DNA from: a virus
Lineage: Duplodnaviria > Caudoviricetes
IMG/VR virus record: IMGVR_UViG_3300009434_000025
Coordinates: 1-27,847 of that record
DNA length: 27,847 nucleotides
Reading direction: 5' to 3' (one strand)
Below the pieces are notes generated by a model that ran no database searches, was not told where the DNA came from, and saw nothing but the letters and a program-made list of their open reading frames with translations. Positions 9,697-18,985 of this stretch are shown in pieces (position 1 is the stretch's first letter; each line of letters begins with the position of its first letter). The translations under genes and the position numbers were made by a program.

Positions 9697-10851
9697 ATGT
9701 CAGAAGAAAACACAGAACTAGAAGACATCATTGAAGATGTCTCTGAAGAACAGCTTATTGCTAATGAAGAGCTTGTACAGGATCTACCTGAAGTCTCTGA
9801 AGAGCAAGAAGCATCCTTTGATGATTCCATCAAGTCAATTCTCCTCGGTGAAAAGAAAGCCGTAAAAAAGGAAGAAGAAGACGAAGAAGAATCTGAAGAC
9901 GAAGACGAAGATGAAGATGAAGATGAAGATGAAGAGGAGATGGAAGAATCCACCAAATCTAAGTCTAAGAAAGAATCTGAAGACGAAGAAGAATCTGAGG
10001 ACGAAGACGAAGACGAGATGGAAGAATCCACTAAGTCTAAGAAAGAATCTGAGGACGAAGAAGAATCTGAAGAAGAAGAGGACGAAGAAGAGCCTAAGGA
10101 ATCTAAAAAGAAGGTTTCTGAAGCACTTGATCTCCTTATCACAAATGAAGCTGAACTTAGCGAAGACTTCAAAACCGAAGCTGCAACACTTTTTGAAGCA
10201 GCTATTGCAGAAAGATCTCTTGAGATTCAAGAAAGTCTTGAAGCAAAATACAATTCGGAATTGAACGAAGAAGTTGAATCACTCCGTGAGAGTCTTGTCG
10301 AAAGAATCGATGATTATCTTTCATATGTGGTTGAAAGCTGGGTTGAAGAGAACTCTGAGCAAGTTGAAAATACACTTCGCACAGATATCGCTGAAAACTT
10401 CATGTCTTCACTTAAAGACCTATTCATCGAGAACTATATCGAAGTTCCAGCCGAAAAGAGAGACCTTGTTGAAGAACTCAACACATCTGTTGAAGAAACA
10501 TCTTCACAACTCTCAGAAGCTGCAACCGAGATCGAAACTCTTAAAGAGCAGATCGAAACATTCGAGAGAGCTGAAGTTATCAACTCGCTATCGGAAGATC
10601 TGTCAGAAACAGAAACACATCGTTTCAAGACTATCTTGGAAGACATGAGTTTCTCTGATAAAGAAGTCTTCTTCAATAAAGCTCAGACAGTCAAAAGTTC
10701 AATCTTTGAAATCAAAGAAGAAACATCTCAAGAAGAATCTTTGGTTGAAGAAACCGAAGACGAAACAGAAATCGTAATTGAAGGTACAACAGATCCTCTC
10801 ACGAAGCTTCCTGCTTCTATGAGACAATATGTTGAAGCCCTCGCAAAATAA
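9697..10851 (+). CDS. gp22: prohead core scaffold protein gp22
   Basis: Very acidic; LSEDFKTEAATLFEAA, IDDYLSYVVESW, AENFMSSLKDLF, C-terminal MRQYVEAL; lies between gp21 and gp23. Confidence 0.92.
   Translation: MSEENTELEDIIEDVSEEQLIANEELVQDLPEVSEEQEASFDDSIKSILLGEKKAVKKEEEDEEESEDEDEDEDEDEDEEEMEESTKSKSKKESEDEEESEDEDEDEMEESTKSKKESEDEEESEEEEDEEEPKESKKKVSEALDLLITNEAELSEDFKTEAATLFEAAIAERSLEIQESLEAKYNSELNEEVESLRESLVERIDDYLSYVVESWVEENSEQVENTLRTDIAENFMSSLKDLFIENYIEVPAEKRDLVEELNTSVEETSSQLSEAATEIETLKEQIETFERAEVINSLSEDLSETETHRFKTILEDMSFSDKEVFFNKAQTVKSSIFEIKEETSQEESLVEETEDETEIVIEGTTDPLTKLPASMRQYVEALAK
9865..10110 (+). repeat. low-complexity acidic repeat inside gp22
   Basis: About three imperfect units of K-K-E-(S/E)-E-D-E-E-E-S-E-(D/E)n-(M)EES(T)KS built from GAA/GAC/GAT runs. 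Confidence 0.8.
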
Positions 10852-10888
10852 ACCATATCACAAACAATAACATAGGAGAAATTCAAAA

Positions 10889-12139
10889 ATGTTTAATACA
10901 GAAAACGAAATGAAAAAGTGGGCACCAGTGCTTGAGCACAAGGATGCACCTGCTTTCCAAGATTCACACCGCAAGGCTGTTACAGCCAAGCTTCTAGAAA
11001 ATACAGAGATCGCTCTTCAAGAAGAGAGAGTACAATCTGGTTTTCTTAACGAGAATAACGTAACTACATCGGCTGTAAGTAAGTTCGATCCAGTTCTTAT
11101 CTCTCTTGTACGTCGTGCAATGCCTAATCTCATCGCTTATGATGTAGCAGGTGTTCAGCCAATGTCCGGTCCAACTGGTCTCATCTTCGCGATGAAGGCA
11201 CGTTACAACGACACCGCATCTAGCCCAAGCCTTACTAAGATTGGTACGGACGACGTGGAAGCACTTGGTCTCGACGAGCCACAAACTGCTTTCTCTGGTC
11301 CTGTTTCCACAACTGCTGGTGAAGCTCTTGGCGGAGATAATGGTGCTGCTTTCGGCGACATGGGTTTCACCATCGAGAAAGCTGTTGTTGAAGCTCAGAC
11401 TCGTGGTCTTAAGGCTGAATACACAATGGAACTTGCTCAAGATCTTAAGGCAGTTCATGGTCTTGATGCTGAAGCTGAATTGGCTAATATCCTTTCGACT
11501 GAAATCCTTGCGGAAATCAATCGTGAAGTTATTGACACAATCAATGACAAGGCTAAGCCTGGTTTCACTCCAGATCCTTCCTCTCCATTCACTCCTGGCG
11601 TATTCGACCTTGCATCTGATGCTGATGGTCGTTGGGCTGTTGAGAAGTTCAAGAGCTTGATCTTCCAAATCGAAGTCGAAGCTAATAAGATTGCAACTGA
11701 AACACGTCGTGGTAAAGGTAACTTCATCATCTGCTCAAGCAATGTTGCTTCCGCACTTGCAGCCGCTGGTCAACTTGACTACACACCTGCTCTTGCTACT
11801 AATCTACAAGTAGATGCAACTGGTAATACATTCGCCGGTGTCCTTAATGGTCGCCTTAAGGTATATGTTGATCCATATGCTGCTGTCGATTATGTAACAG
11901 TTGGTTTCCGTGGAACTAATCCATATGATGCTGGTCTCTTCTACTGCCCATACGTACCACTCACTATGGTTCGTGCAGTTGATGAAAGCACATTCCAACC
12001 TAAGATTGGTTTCAAGACTCGCTACGGCATGGTCAAGAACCCATTCGTAGAAGCTGCTACTAGTGGCGGCGTTGGTAATGCTAACCTGAATCCATACTTC
12101 CGTAGATTCGAAGTTCTCAACATCAATGTTGGCAGTTAA
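10889..12139 (+). CDS. gp23: major capsid protein gp23
   Basis: KWAPVLEH, DPVLISLVRRAMPNLIAYDVAGVQPMSGPTGLIFAM, LKAEYTMELAQDLKAVHGLDAEAELANIL, YCPYVPL, FQPKIGFKTRYG; SD AGGAG at 10874-10878. Confidence 0.98.
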   Translation: MFNTENEMKKWAPVLEHKDAPAFQDSHRKAVTAKLLENTEIALQEERVQSGFLNENNVTTSAVSKFDPVLISLVRRAMPNLIAYDVAGVQPMSGPTGLIFAMKARYNDTASSPSLTKIGTDDVEALGLDEPQTAFSGPVSTTAGEALGGDNGAAFGDMGFTIEKAVVEAQTRGLKAEYTMELAQDLKAVHGLDAEAELANILSTEILAEINREVIDTINDKAKPGFTPDPSSPFTPGVFDLASDADGRWAVEKFKSLIFQIEVEANKIATETRRGKGNFIICSSNVASALAAAGQLDYTPALATNLQVDATGNTFAGVLNGRLKVYVDPYAAVDYVTVGFRGTNPYDAGLFYCPYVPLTMVRAVDESTFQPKIGFKTRYGMVKNPFVEAATSGGVGNANLNPYFRRFEVLNINVGS

Positions 12140-12164
12140 TTTTAATTAATTAATTTTATAATTT

Positions 12165-12194
12165 GAAGGGGTCTCGAAAGAGGCCCCTTCTTTT
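12165..12194 (+). terminator. intrinsic terminator after gp23
   Basis: GAAGGGGTCTC-GAAA-GAGGCCCCTTC stem with GNRA loop followed by TTTT. Confidence 0.9.
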
Positions 12195-12197
12195 GTT

Positions 12198-12205
12198 TAT
12201 AAATA
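12198..12205 (+). promoter_or_regulatory. T4-type late promoter
   Basis: Exact TATAAATA, 5 nt before ATG 12211. Confidence 0.85.
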
Positions 12206-12210
12206 CACAT

Positions 12211-12669
12211 ATGAGTAACTTAACCAGCAATTATAATTTTCTTTCACCAACAGGATTTAAGTTGGTTGTGAATCATGATCGATTAGCTAATTTGGAATAC
12301 TTCGCCACAAGTGTGACGCTTCCATCCTTTAACACTGGAGTCGTTGATCTTAATAGTCAGCAACATAAAGGATATATTCAGGGCGATATGACAATGGACG
12401 AATTATCTTTGAGAGTTGCCATTGATGAAGATATGAAAGTTTATACTGAGATGTTTGAATGGATGATTGAAAGTAGGGATGAAAAACTAACATCATTTGA
12501 TGCAACTTTAATTATCATGACCAGTCATAACAATCCTAATAGATCTGTTCAATTTAAAAACATCTTTCCAGTAAGCATGGGCTCTCTTGAATTTAATACT
12601 CAAAGCAGTGACATTGAATATCTTCAGGCTGATATCTCGTTTAGATATGATGAGTTTAAATTCGTATAA
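12211..12669 (+). CDS. gp3: tail completion / tail-tube-fold protein (gp3-like)
   Basis: NFLSPTGFK, VDED-like IDEDMKVY, DATLII, FKNIFPVSMG, ADISFRY; follows gp23 as in marine T4-like phages. Start moved from 12163, which lies in the terminator region, to ATG 12211. Confidence 0.8.
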   Translation: MSNLTSNYNFLSPTGFKLVVNHDRLANLEYFATSVTLPSFNTGVVDLNSQQHKGYIQGDMTMDELSLRVAIDEDMKVYTEMFEWMIESRDEKLTSFDATLIIMTSHNNPNRSVQFKNIFPVSMGSLEFNTQSSDIEYLQADISFRYDEFKFV

Positions 12670-12672
12670 ATA
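12665..12672 (+). promoter_or_regulatory. T4-type late promoter overlapping the gp3 stop
   Basis: Exact TATAAATA, 7 nt before ATG 12680. Confidence 0.75.
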
Positions 12673-12679
12673 ATACCAT

Positions 12680-13129
12680 ATGATGAGTTTAAATGATATT
12701 TTAGAATCTTGGAAGAAAGATTCGGTGATTGATGAGCATGCTTTAGATGATGTAACTATTCAGACATCTAAACTACACGCTAAGTATCTTGAAATCTTCA
12801 CACTGTCTAAGTTGCAGTTGAGGAAGAAAGAGATGGATCTGGAGCAAGTTCGAAAGGATAAGTGGCTTTACTACACAGGAAAGATGACACAAGGAGAGAT
12901 GGATAAAAGAGGATGGTCATATGATCCATTTCAAGGTATGAGTAAACCTCTTAAATCAGAGATGGAAATGTACTATAGCACTGATGTAGATATCGTTAAA
13001 GTAAGATCTGGTATCGAATATCAGAAAGCCATTACTGATTCCCTTGAAGAGATTATGAGTAACATTCGATGGAGACATTCACACATCAAGAATATAATTG
13101 ATTTCCGTAAGTTCACATCTGGAATGTAA
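12680..13129 (+). CDS. uvsY: recombination mediator UvsY
   Basis: WKKDSVID, LHAKYL, KWLYYTGK, IKNIIDFRKF; upstream of uvsW. Confidence 0.88.
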   Translation: MMSLNDILESWKKDSVIDEHALDDVTIQTSKLHAKYLEIFTLSKLQLRKKEMDLEQVRKDKWLYYTGKMTQGEMDKRGWSYDPFQGMSKPLKSEMEMYYSTDVDIVKVRSGIEYQKAITDSLEEIMSNIRWRHSHIKNIIDFRKFTSGM

Positions 13130-13244
13130 TTCAACATACCTTCTAGAGCCGATTAAAGAATCTTTACATTAATCTATTGATGATTAAGTATCCTTGTTAA
13201 TTTGATCATAGTCATTCCTGTTCTGCTTTGATTTGATTATATCA

Positions 13245-13272
13245 ATTATAATAGAATGTCAAGTTATGTCAA
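13245..13272 (-). promoter_or_regulatory. consensus sigma70-type promoter on the minus strand
   Basis: Reverse complement reads TTGACA (13272-13267) - 16 nt - TATAAT (13250-13245). A second overlapping TTGACA (13262-13257) - 15 nt - TGnTATAAT (13241-13236) is also present. Confidence 0.65.
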
Positions 13273-13319
13273 GATGATATCGAAGATTCCGCAGGAAAGA
13301 TTAGAAATATATAGATACT

Positions 13320-14798
13320 ATGATTAATGTAGAGAAAAAGAATGAAGCCACCTTATATTTGGGTTCAGAAGACTCAGGCATATTGATGGAAATCTCGGAG
13401 TTCTTTACATTCTATGCACCTGGGTATAAATTCATGCCTAGCTATCGTAATAAGATGTGGGATGGAAAAGTGCGTTTATATAATCGTATGAACAGTACCA
13501 TTCCATCAGGTTTATTGAATGAGGTGCTTCAGTTTGCGAAGGATAGGAGTTATCAAGTGAATCTTTCGCCAGACATACAGAATAGATTCTCTTATGATGA
13601 AGAGTTTATTGATGGATTGTCACTCTGTAGTGGAGGTAATCCTATTAAGCCTAGAGACTATCAGAAGAGAGCATTTGAATTTGCTACTGATAATGGTAAG
13701 GCTATCCTAGTTTCTCCAACTGGTTCGGGTAAATCTCTTATCATCTATATGCTGATTCGATACTATTTACAAGAGGAGCTTGATAAAAAAGTTATAATCG
13801 TTGTTCCCACAACATCTCTGGTCGAACAGATGTATAAGGATTTCGCTGACTACTCAAGTGATGATCCAGACTTTGATGTTGAAGAGGATGTTCATAGAAT
13901 CTATTCTGGTAAAGAAAAGACATTTGATCAATCGGTTCTTATCACAACTTGGCAGAGTGCTGTTAAACTTCCCACATTGTGGTTTGAACAATTTGGATGT
14001 GTCATTGGAGATGAGGCTCATACATTCAAGGCTAAGTCACTCACAACTATCATGAGTAGATTAGTTAATGCTGAGATGAGAATTGGCACGACTGGAACTT
14101 TAGATGGTGGTCAAGTCAATGAATTAACACTCACTGGTAATTTTGGTCAAGTGTATAAGGTAACGACTACACAGTCTCTCATTAAATCTGACACACTCGC
14201 CGACCTCAAGATTCAATCCCTTGTGCTTAAATATAGTGATAAAGTTAGAAAAGCATTTGGTAAGCAGACATATGCTGATGAAATTAGTTTCATTGCTGCT
14301 CACGAACAGAGAAATAGATTCATCACCAACTTAGCACTTGATCAAACAGGTAATACTCTAGTTCTTTATAATCTCGTGAAGAAACATGGAGAGCCTCTAT
14401 TCAAACAGATAAGAGATAGGGCTGGTAAAAGGAAAGTCTTCTTCGTATCTGGATCAGTGAATGCTGAAGAAAGAGAGAAGATTCGTACAGTGACAGAGAA
14501 GGAGAAGAACGCCATAATTGTTGCAAGTGTGGGTACATTCTCCACAGGAATTAATATTCGCAATCTTCATAACATTATATTTGCATCACCATCTAAATCA
14601 CAGATTCGGGTTCTTCAATCCATTGGTCGAGGTTTGAGAAAGAGTGAGAATGGTCAGGGGACCGTTGTGTATGATCTAGCTGATGATCTATCTTGGAAGA
14701 AGAGGAAAAACTACACACTAAATCATGCGGTTGAAAGAGTAAAGATTTACAATAAAGAAGGTTTCAGTTACGAAATACACGAAGTACCTCTATTATAA
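13320..14798 (+). CDS. uvsW: SF2 DNA helicase UvsW
   Basis: WDGKVRL, PRDYQ, SPTGSGKS, VPTTSLVEQM, GDEAH, GTTGT, FSTGINI, LQSIGRGLR. Confidence 0.95.
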   Translation: MINVEKKNEATLYLGSEDSGILMEISEFFTFYAPGYKFMPSYRNKMWDGKVRLYNRMNSTIPSGLLNEVLQFAKDRSYQVNLSPDIQNRFSYDEEFIDGLSLCSGGNPIKPRDYQKRAFEFATDNGKAILVSPTGSGKSLIIYMLIRYYLQEELDKKVIIVVPTTSLVEQMYKDFADYSSDDPDFDVEEDVHRIYSGKEKTFDQSVLITTWQSAVKLPTLWFEQFGCVIGDEAHTFKAKSLTTIMSRLVNAEMRIGTTGTLDGGQVNELTLTGNFGQVYKVTTTQSLIKSDTLADLKIQSLVLKYSDKVRKAFGKQTYADEISFIAAHEQRNRFITNLALDQTGNTLVLYNLVKKHGEPLFKQIRDRAGKRKVFFVSGSVNAEEREKIRTVTEKEKNAIIVASVGTFSTGINIRNLHNIIFASPSKSQIRVLQSIGRGLRKSENGQGTVVYDLADDLSWKKRKNYTLNHAVERVKIYNKEGFSYEIHEVPLL

Positions 14799-14801
14799 AT
14801 A
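14794..14801 (+). promoter_or_regulatory. T4-type late promoter overlapping the uvsW stop
   Basis: Exact TATAAATA, 14 nt before ATG 14816. Confidence 0.7.
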
Positions 14802-14815
14802 TAGATGAATATATT

Positions 14816-15226
14816 ATGAAAGACATTTTAGAAAAGATACTGGAAACAGAGATATTTACATATCGGCTTACCGATGGAAGTTACATCGTAGCCGAAGAGT
14901 TGGAATCTGATAATAATGTCACATATGTTGCACTTCCTGCACAGATAGTTTACACCGATGATTATCACTTAACAAATTGGAATATCACATCAGCATATGA
15001 TCTAACAGAACTTAACTGTTGTAATATAGTAAGTCGCGCCGACGCCCCATTTGAGTTAAAAGCGCATTACATGAAATATTTGATGATATGTAGATCAAAT
15101 CAAGATGAGGTCGATGAACGAATGAAATCACTATTTGATATGGATGATGATATTTTTGGTGAACTCGATGAACAAATCCCAATTGAGCATTCTAATCGAT
15201 TCAATTGGAAGCCTGAGAACAATTAG
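14816..15226 (+). CDS. hypothetical protein (uvsW-gp55 position; possible Sm-like beta fold)
   Basis: 136-aa ORF; YRLTDGSYIVAE resembles the KL..GE.I motif of small proteins at this locus in marine T4-like phages. Confidence 0.65.
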   Translation: MKDILEKILETEIFTYRLTDGSYIVAEELESDNNVTYVALPAQIVYTDDYHLTNWNITSAYDLTELNCCNIVSRADAPFELKAHYMKYLMICRSNQDEVDERMKSLFDMDDDIFGELDEQIPIEHSNRFNWKPENN

Positions 15227-15268
15227 AGTATTTCTTTTCAATCATGATGCGAAGATTAAACTTTAGTC

Positions 15269-15296
15269 TTTACATTTCAGTTAAAATCTATATTAT
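15269..15296 (+). promoter_or_regulatory. sigma70-type early/middle promoter for gp55-gp47-gp46
   Basis: TTTACA (15269-15274) - 16 nt - TATTAT (15291-15296); ATG at 15305. Confidence 0.65.
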
Positions 15297-15304
15297 AGTA
15301 TATA

Positions 15305-15883
15305 ATGAAACGTAAACCACAACACTATGTAAATAATAAAGAATTTTCTCAAGCAGTAGTCGATTATGTAACTTCCGTAGTCGAAGCAAGAGAGGATGAA
15401 AAAGATGAACCTAAAGTTACCAATTATATTGGTACGTGTTTCTTAAAGATAGCGGAAGGACTATCACATAAACCTAATTTCTTTTCATATACATATCGTG
15501 AAGAGATGGTTATGGATGCCGTAGAGAATTGTATCAAAGCAATTATGAACTATGATATCAAGAAGGCAACAAGAACGGGATTGCCGAATGCTTTCGCTTA
15601 TTTCACACAGATTAGTTTCTATGCTTTCCTTCGAAGGATTGCAAAAGAAAAGAAACAACAAGAGATCAAAGAAAGATACATTGATTACGCAGGAGCAGAT
15701 GCCTTCGCTGACTTTGGTGGTAATTGTGATTCGGAATTCATAGTAGATCACATCAGACAAAAATCACAAAGGATTAAAGAAAGAGATAATCTGGTTAAGG
15801 AATTCGGTAAGAAGACTAAGAGAAAAGAAAGAGCAAAGAAGAAAGTTATTGACTCTTTCGAGAATTTCTATATTATAGTATAA
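15305..15883 (+). CDS. gp55: late transcription sigma factor gp55
   Basis: HYVNNKEF, YIGTCFLKIAEGLSHKPNF..YTYREEMVMDAVENC, NAFAYFTQI..YAFLRRIAKEKKQ. Confidence 0.95.
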   Translation: MKRKPQHYVNNKEFSQAVVDYVTSVVEAREDEKDEPKVTNYIGTCFLKIAEGLSHKPNFFSYTYREEMVMDAVENCIKAIMNYDIKKATRTGLPNAFAYFTQISFYAFLRRIAKEKKQQEIKERYIDYAGADAFADFGGNCDSEFIVDHIRQKSQRIKERDNLVKEFGKKTKRKERAKKKVIDSFENFYIIV

Positions 15884-15887
15884 CTAT

Positions 15888-16937
15888 ATGAAGATAGCAG
15901 TTATTAATGATACTCATGCGGGCATCAAAAATGGTTCAGATACATTTCTTGATTACGCTGAAAGTTTTTATACCAATACGTTCTTTCCTTATTTGAAAAA
16001 ACATGGTATAAAAAAGATATTACATCTTGGTGATTACTTTGATCATCGTAGGTTTGTGAACTTTAAGGTTCTTAAAAGAAACTACGAACATTTCATTTCC
16101 AAGTTAAATGAGTATGATCTTACAATGGATATCATACCTGGCAACCATGATGTGTATTACAAGAATACGAATGATCTTAATTCATTGAATGAAATTCTAG
16201 AGCAACATGATAGGATAACAATCTATAATGAGGCTACTGTTGTTTCTTATGATAAACTAGATATACTTTTACTACCTTGGATATGTGAAGAGAACCATGA
16301 TCGCTCAATCGCCGCGATAAAGAAATCCAAAGCAACTATTCTAGCAGGTCACCTTGAACTTGGTGGATTCGAAGTCATGAGAGGAATCAAGGCTGTCGAT
16401 GGTATGGATAGAAAAATCTTTGATAGATTCGATATGGTTTTATCTGGTCACTATCATGCCAAAAGTTCAAAGGATAATATTCACTATCTTGGCACACAAT
16501 TTCAGTTTACATTTGCTGATGCAAATGAAGATAAGTATTTCCATATATTAGATACAGATAAAAGAGAATTGACATCAGTTCGAAACCCTGATAGTATGTT
16601 TCATAAACTAATATATGATGAAGATAAGGTACCAGAGATAAAGAAAGATTATAAAGATTCATACATCAAGGTAATCGTTCTGAATAAAAAGAACTTGTAT
16701 TCTTATGATAAGTGGCTGGATAAGCTTCATAAGGCTGAACCATTCGAAATTAAAATACTAGAATCATTTGATGAATATCTAGGTGAGAATGTAGAAGATG
16801 AAGGAATCACAACCACAGATACATCAACACTTCTAAACAGTTATATCGATTCAACAGAAACAGATTTGAATAAAGACATACTGAAGAAATTGATGCAAGA
16901 ACTCTTTCTTGAAGCACAGAATATTGACGAGATTTAA
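15888..16937 (+). CDS. gp47: recombination endonuclease subunit gp47 (Mre11/SbcD-like)
   Basis: Phosphoesterase motifs DTH.G, LGDYFD, GNHD, GHLE, SGHYH. Confidence 0.94.
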   Translation: MKIAVINDTHAGIKNGSDTFLDYAESFYTNTFFPYLKKHGIKKILHLGDYFDHRRFVNFKVLKRNYEHFISKLNEYDLTMDIIPGNHDVYYKNTNDLNSLNEILEQHDRITIYNEATVVSYDKLDILLLPWICEENHDRSIAAIKKSKATILAGHLELGGFEVMRGIKAVDGMDRKIFDRFDMVLSGHYHAKSSKDNIHYLGTQFQFTFADANEDKYFHILDTDKRELTSVRNPDSMFHKLIYDEDKVPEIKKDYKDSYIKVIVLNKKNLYSYDKWLDKLHKAEPFEIKILESFDEYLGENVEDEGITTTDTSTLLNSYIDSTETDLNKDILKKLMQELFLEAQNIDEI

Positions 16938-18646
16938 TGATCACATTTGAAAAACTATCCTATAAGAATTTTCTAAGTACAGGAGATAAAACCACAGTAA
17001 TCGATCTGAATAGATCATCTGCAACACTGGTTGTTGGCGCAAATGGAGCTGGTAAATCTACCATGTTGGATGCACTATCATTTGCTCTATTTGGAAAGCC
17101 GCACCGTAATATCAATAAGCCCCAATTGGTAAATTCAATCAATGGTAAAGGTTGCGAGGTTGAGGTATCATTCTCTGTCGGTAAAAATAAATATAGGGTG
17201 TATCGTGGAATCAAACCAGGAGGCTTCAAGATATATCAGAATGATCAATTACTAAATCAAGAATCTCATAGCAGAGATTATCAAAAAGTTTTAGAGAGTA
17301 ACATCCTTAAATTAAATCACAAGTCTTTTCATCAGGTTGTAGTTCTTGGTTCAAGCAGTTTCATTCCTTTTATGCAATTGCCTACAGCACAAAGAAGAGG
17401 TGTTATTGAAGACCTGCTAGATATTGGTATATTCACGAAGATGAATATTCTGACAAAAGATCGCTATTCTAAACTCAAGAATGATCTAATCAATACAGTT
17501 AATGAGATTAATATACTTACCGAATCGATAAGATTAAAGAAGAAGCACATTGATGAATTAAAAGCAATTGATCTAAAGAATTCTGTTAATAACACAAGAA
17601 AGATTGAATCTCTTAAAGATGAGCAAAAACTTCTTCAAAAAAGGAATACAGAATTACAAGAGGAGTTTGATATCAAGTGGCCCGAACTTAGTTCTCTTAT
17701 AGAAGAAGCAACAGATAAAAGAAAAGATATAGGCTTTGAGAAGAACACTTGTAATCACGATCTGAAATCATTGATGAAACAGTCTAAATTCTTTGAGGAA
17801 AATGATTGTTGCCCTACGTGCGACCAAATTATCTCGGATGAATTGAAAGCATCTAAGAAATCAGATATAAAAGAGACCGCTGGATCGATTCAAGACACAC
17901 TAAAATCTCTCGAAAACGATGATTTTTCACTTCGCGAAACCCTCGACTCTTTAGGTAATAAGAAGAAAGATATAGATAAACTTCGCACAGATATTCGTAT
18001 GAATGAAGGCACTATCCAACATTGTATGAATCAGATAGAATCACTTGAATCCTCAGATTCAATTGTTTCAGTAGATACAAGCGAATCAGAAAATGAACTC
18101 AAACAAGACCAAGATTCTATTGTAGACCTGAATAAGAAACAACAATCACAGAATCATGTTAAGACATATATCGAAGCAATCTTTGAGTTATTAAAGGATA
18201 CGGGAATCAAAACAAAGATCATTCGTGAATATTTACCTGTGATGAATAAACTTATCAATCAATATTTACAGGTACTAGATTTCTTTGTTTCATTCAACCT
18301 TGATGATTCTTTTAATGAGACAATCAAATCAAGACACAGAGATGATTTCTCTTATGATTCGTTTTCAGAGGGCGAGAAACAAAGGATCGATCTGGCTCTT
18401 CTCTTTGCTTGGAGACAGATAGCCAAGATGAAGAATTCAGCCAACACAAATCTTTTGATATTGGATGAGACATTTGATTCTAGTATGGATGCAGATGGAG
18501 TTGATAATCTTCTTAAAATTCTTTTCACATTAAGAGATGATTCAAATGTATTTGTGATATCACACAAGCAAGATTTACTAGAAGGCAAATTTCCTACCAA
18601 GATAGAATTTGAGAAGACTAGAAACTTCTCTGGTATAAAAAAGTAA
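16937..18646 (+). CDS. gp46: recombination endonuclease subunit gp46 (Rad50/SbcC-like ATPase)
   Basis: KNFLSTG, Walker A GANGAGKS, coiled coil with CPTC zinc hook, signature FSEGEK, Walker B LILDE, VISH; TAATG overlap with gp47. Confidence 0.95.
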   Translation: MITFEKLSYKNFLSTGDKTTVIDLNRSSATLVVGANGAGKSTMLDALSFALFGKPHRNINKPQLVNSINGKGCEVEVSFSVGKNKYRVYRGIKPGGFKIYQNDQLLNQESHSRDYQKVLESNILKLNHKSFHQVVVLGSSSFIPFMQLPTAQRRGVIEDLLDIGIFTKMNILTKDRYSKLKNDLINTVNEINILTESIRLKKKHIDELKAIDLKNSVNNTRKIESLKDEQKLLQKRNTELQEEFDIKWPELSSLIEEATDKRKDIGFEKNTCNHDLKSLMKQSKFFEENDCCPTCDQIISDELKASKKSDIKETAGSIQDTLKSLENDDFSLRETLDSLGNKKKDIDKLRTDIRMNEGTIQHCMNQIESLESSDSIVSVDTSESENELKQDQDSIVDLNKKQQSQNHVKTYIEAIFELLKDTGIKTKIIREYLPVMNKLINQYLQVLDFFVSFNLDDSFNETIKSRHRDDFSYDSFSEGEKQRIDLALLFAWRQIAKMKNSANTNLLILDETFDSSMDADGVDNLLKILFTLRDDSNVFVISHKQDLLEGKFPTKIEFEKTRNFSGIKK

Positions 18647-18658
18647 TAGGTTTGGCAT

Positions 18659-18886
18659 ATGAGATATTTGGATACATACAATAATACCACACACATGGTT
18701 GAATCGATGCTGAGCAAAGAAGATAATTTGCCCTCAAAGGAGCTATTCGAAACATATTTTAATGGAGTCCTCAAAATAGATTTCCTCAAAGACTACGGAA
18801 TCGAACTCCAATATAATGAGAATTACTCTCATTTGCTCGAAGAATTGAAACGTATTCGTAAGTCATTGATAGCGAACAACTTGTAA
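18659..18886 (+). CDS. hypothetical protein
   Basis: 75-aa ORF starting 12 nt after gp46; no motif recognised; its last codons overlap the first palindrome. Confidence 0.5.
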   Translation: MRYLDTYNNTTHMVESMLSKEDNLPSKELFETYFNGVLKIDFLKDYGIELQYNENYSHLLEELKRIRKSLIANNL

Positions 18887-18940
18887 ACTTTAGGCAAGGC
18901 CCGAATTTTCTTTCATAACTTATTGATATTCAATGAGTTA
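18859..18940. promoter_or_regulatory. palindrome pair 1 (IHF-consensus-containing operator-like sites)
   Basis: TAAGTCATTGATAGCGAACAACTTG (18859-18883) and TAACTTATTGATATTCAATGAGTTA (18916-18940); starts 57 bp apart. Confidence 0.75.
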
Positions 18941-18946
18941 AAGCCC

Positions 18947-18975
18947 TTTACAAAACGGCATTTATGGTATATAAT
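18947..18975 (+). promoter_or_regulatory. sigma70-type early promoter
   Basis: TTTACA (18947-18952) - 17 nt - TATAAT (18970-18975). Confidence 0.85.
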
Positions 18976-18985
18976 ATACCTATAA

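Noticed and set aside
9681-10648. Alternative-frame and antisense ORFs over gp22 (poly-S, poly-F, K-rich)
   Set aside because: Shadows of the GAA/GAC repeat; no promoter, RBS or protein-like composition
10994-11998. Minus-strand and off-frame ORFs within gp23, including a 224-aa ORF
   Set aside because: Fully overlap a highly conserved gene; expected from its codon bias
13170-13194. Possible seventh palindrome copy (TAATCTATTGATGATTAAGTATCCT)
   Set aside because: Only the left arm matches and there is no partner at 57 bp
13306-13313. Late promoter for uvsW (AATATATA, followed by GATACTATG as at 8699)
   Set aside because: Two mismatches to TATAAATA; suggestive but not supportable
3094-18646. 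Introns, inteins or stop-codon recoding in core genes
   Set aside because: All core ORFs are uninterrupted and of plausible length under the standard bacterial code
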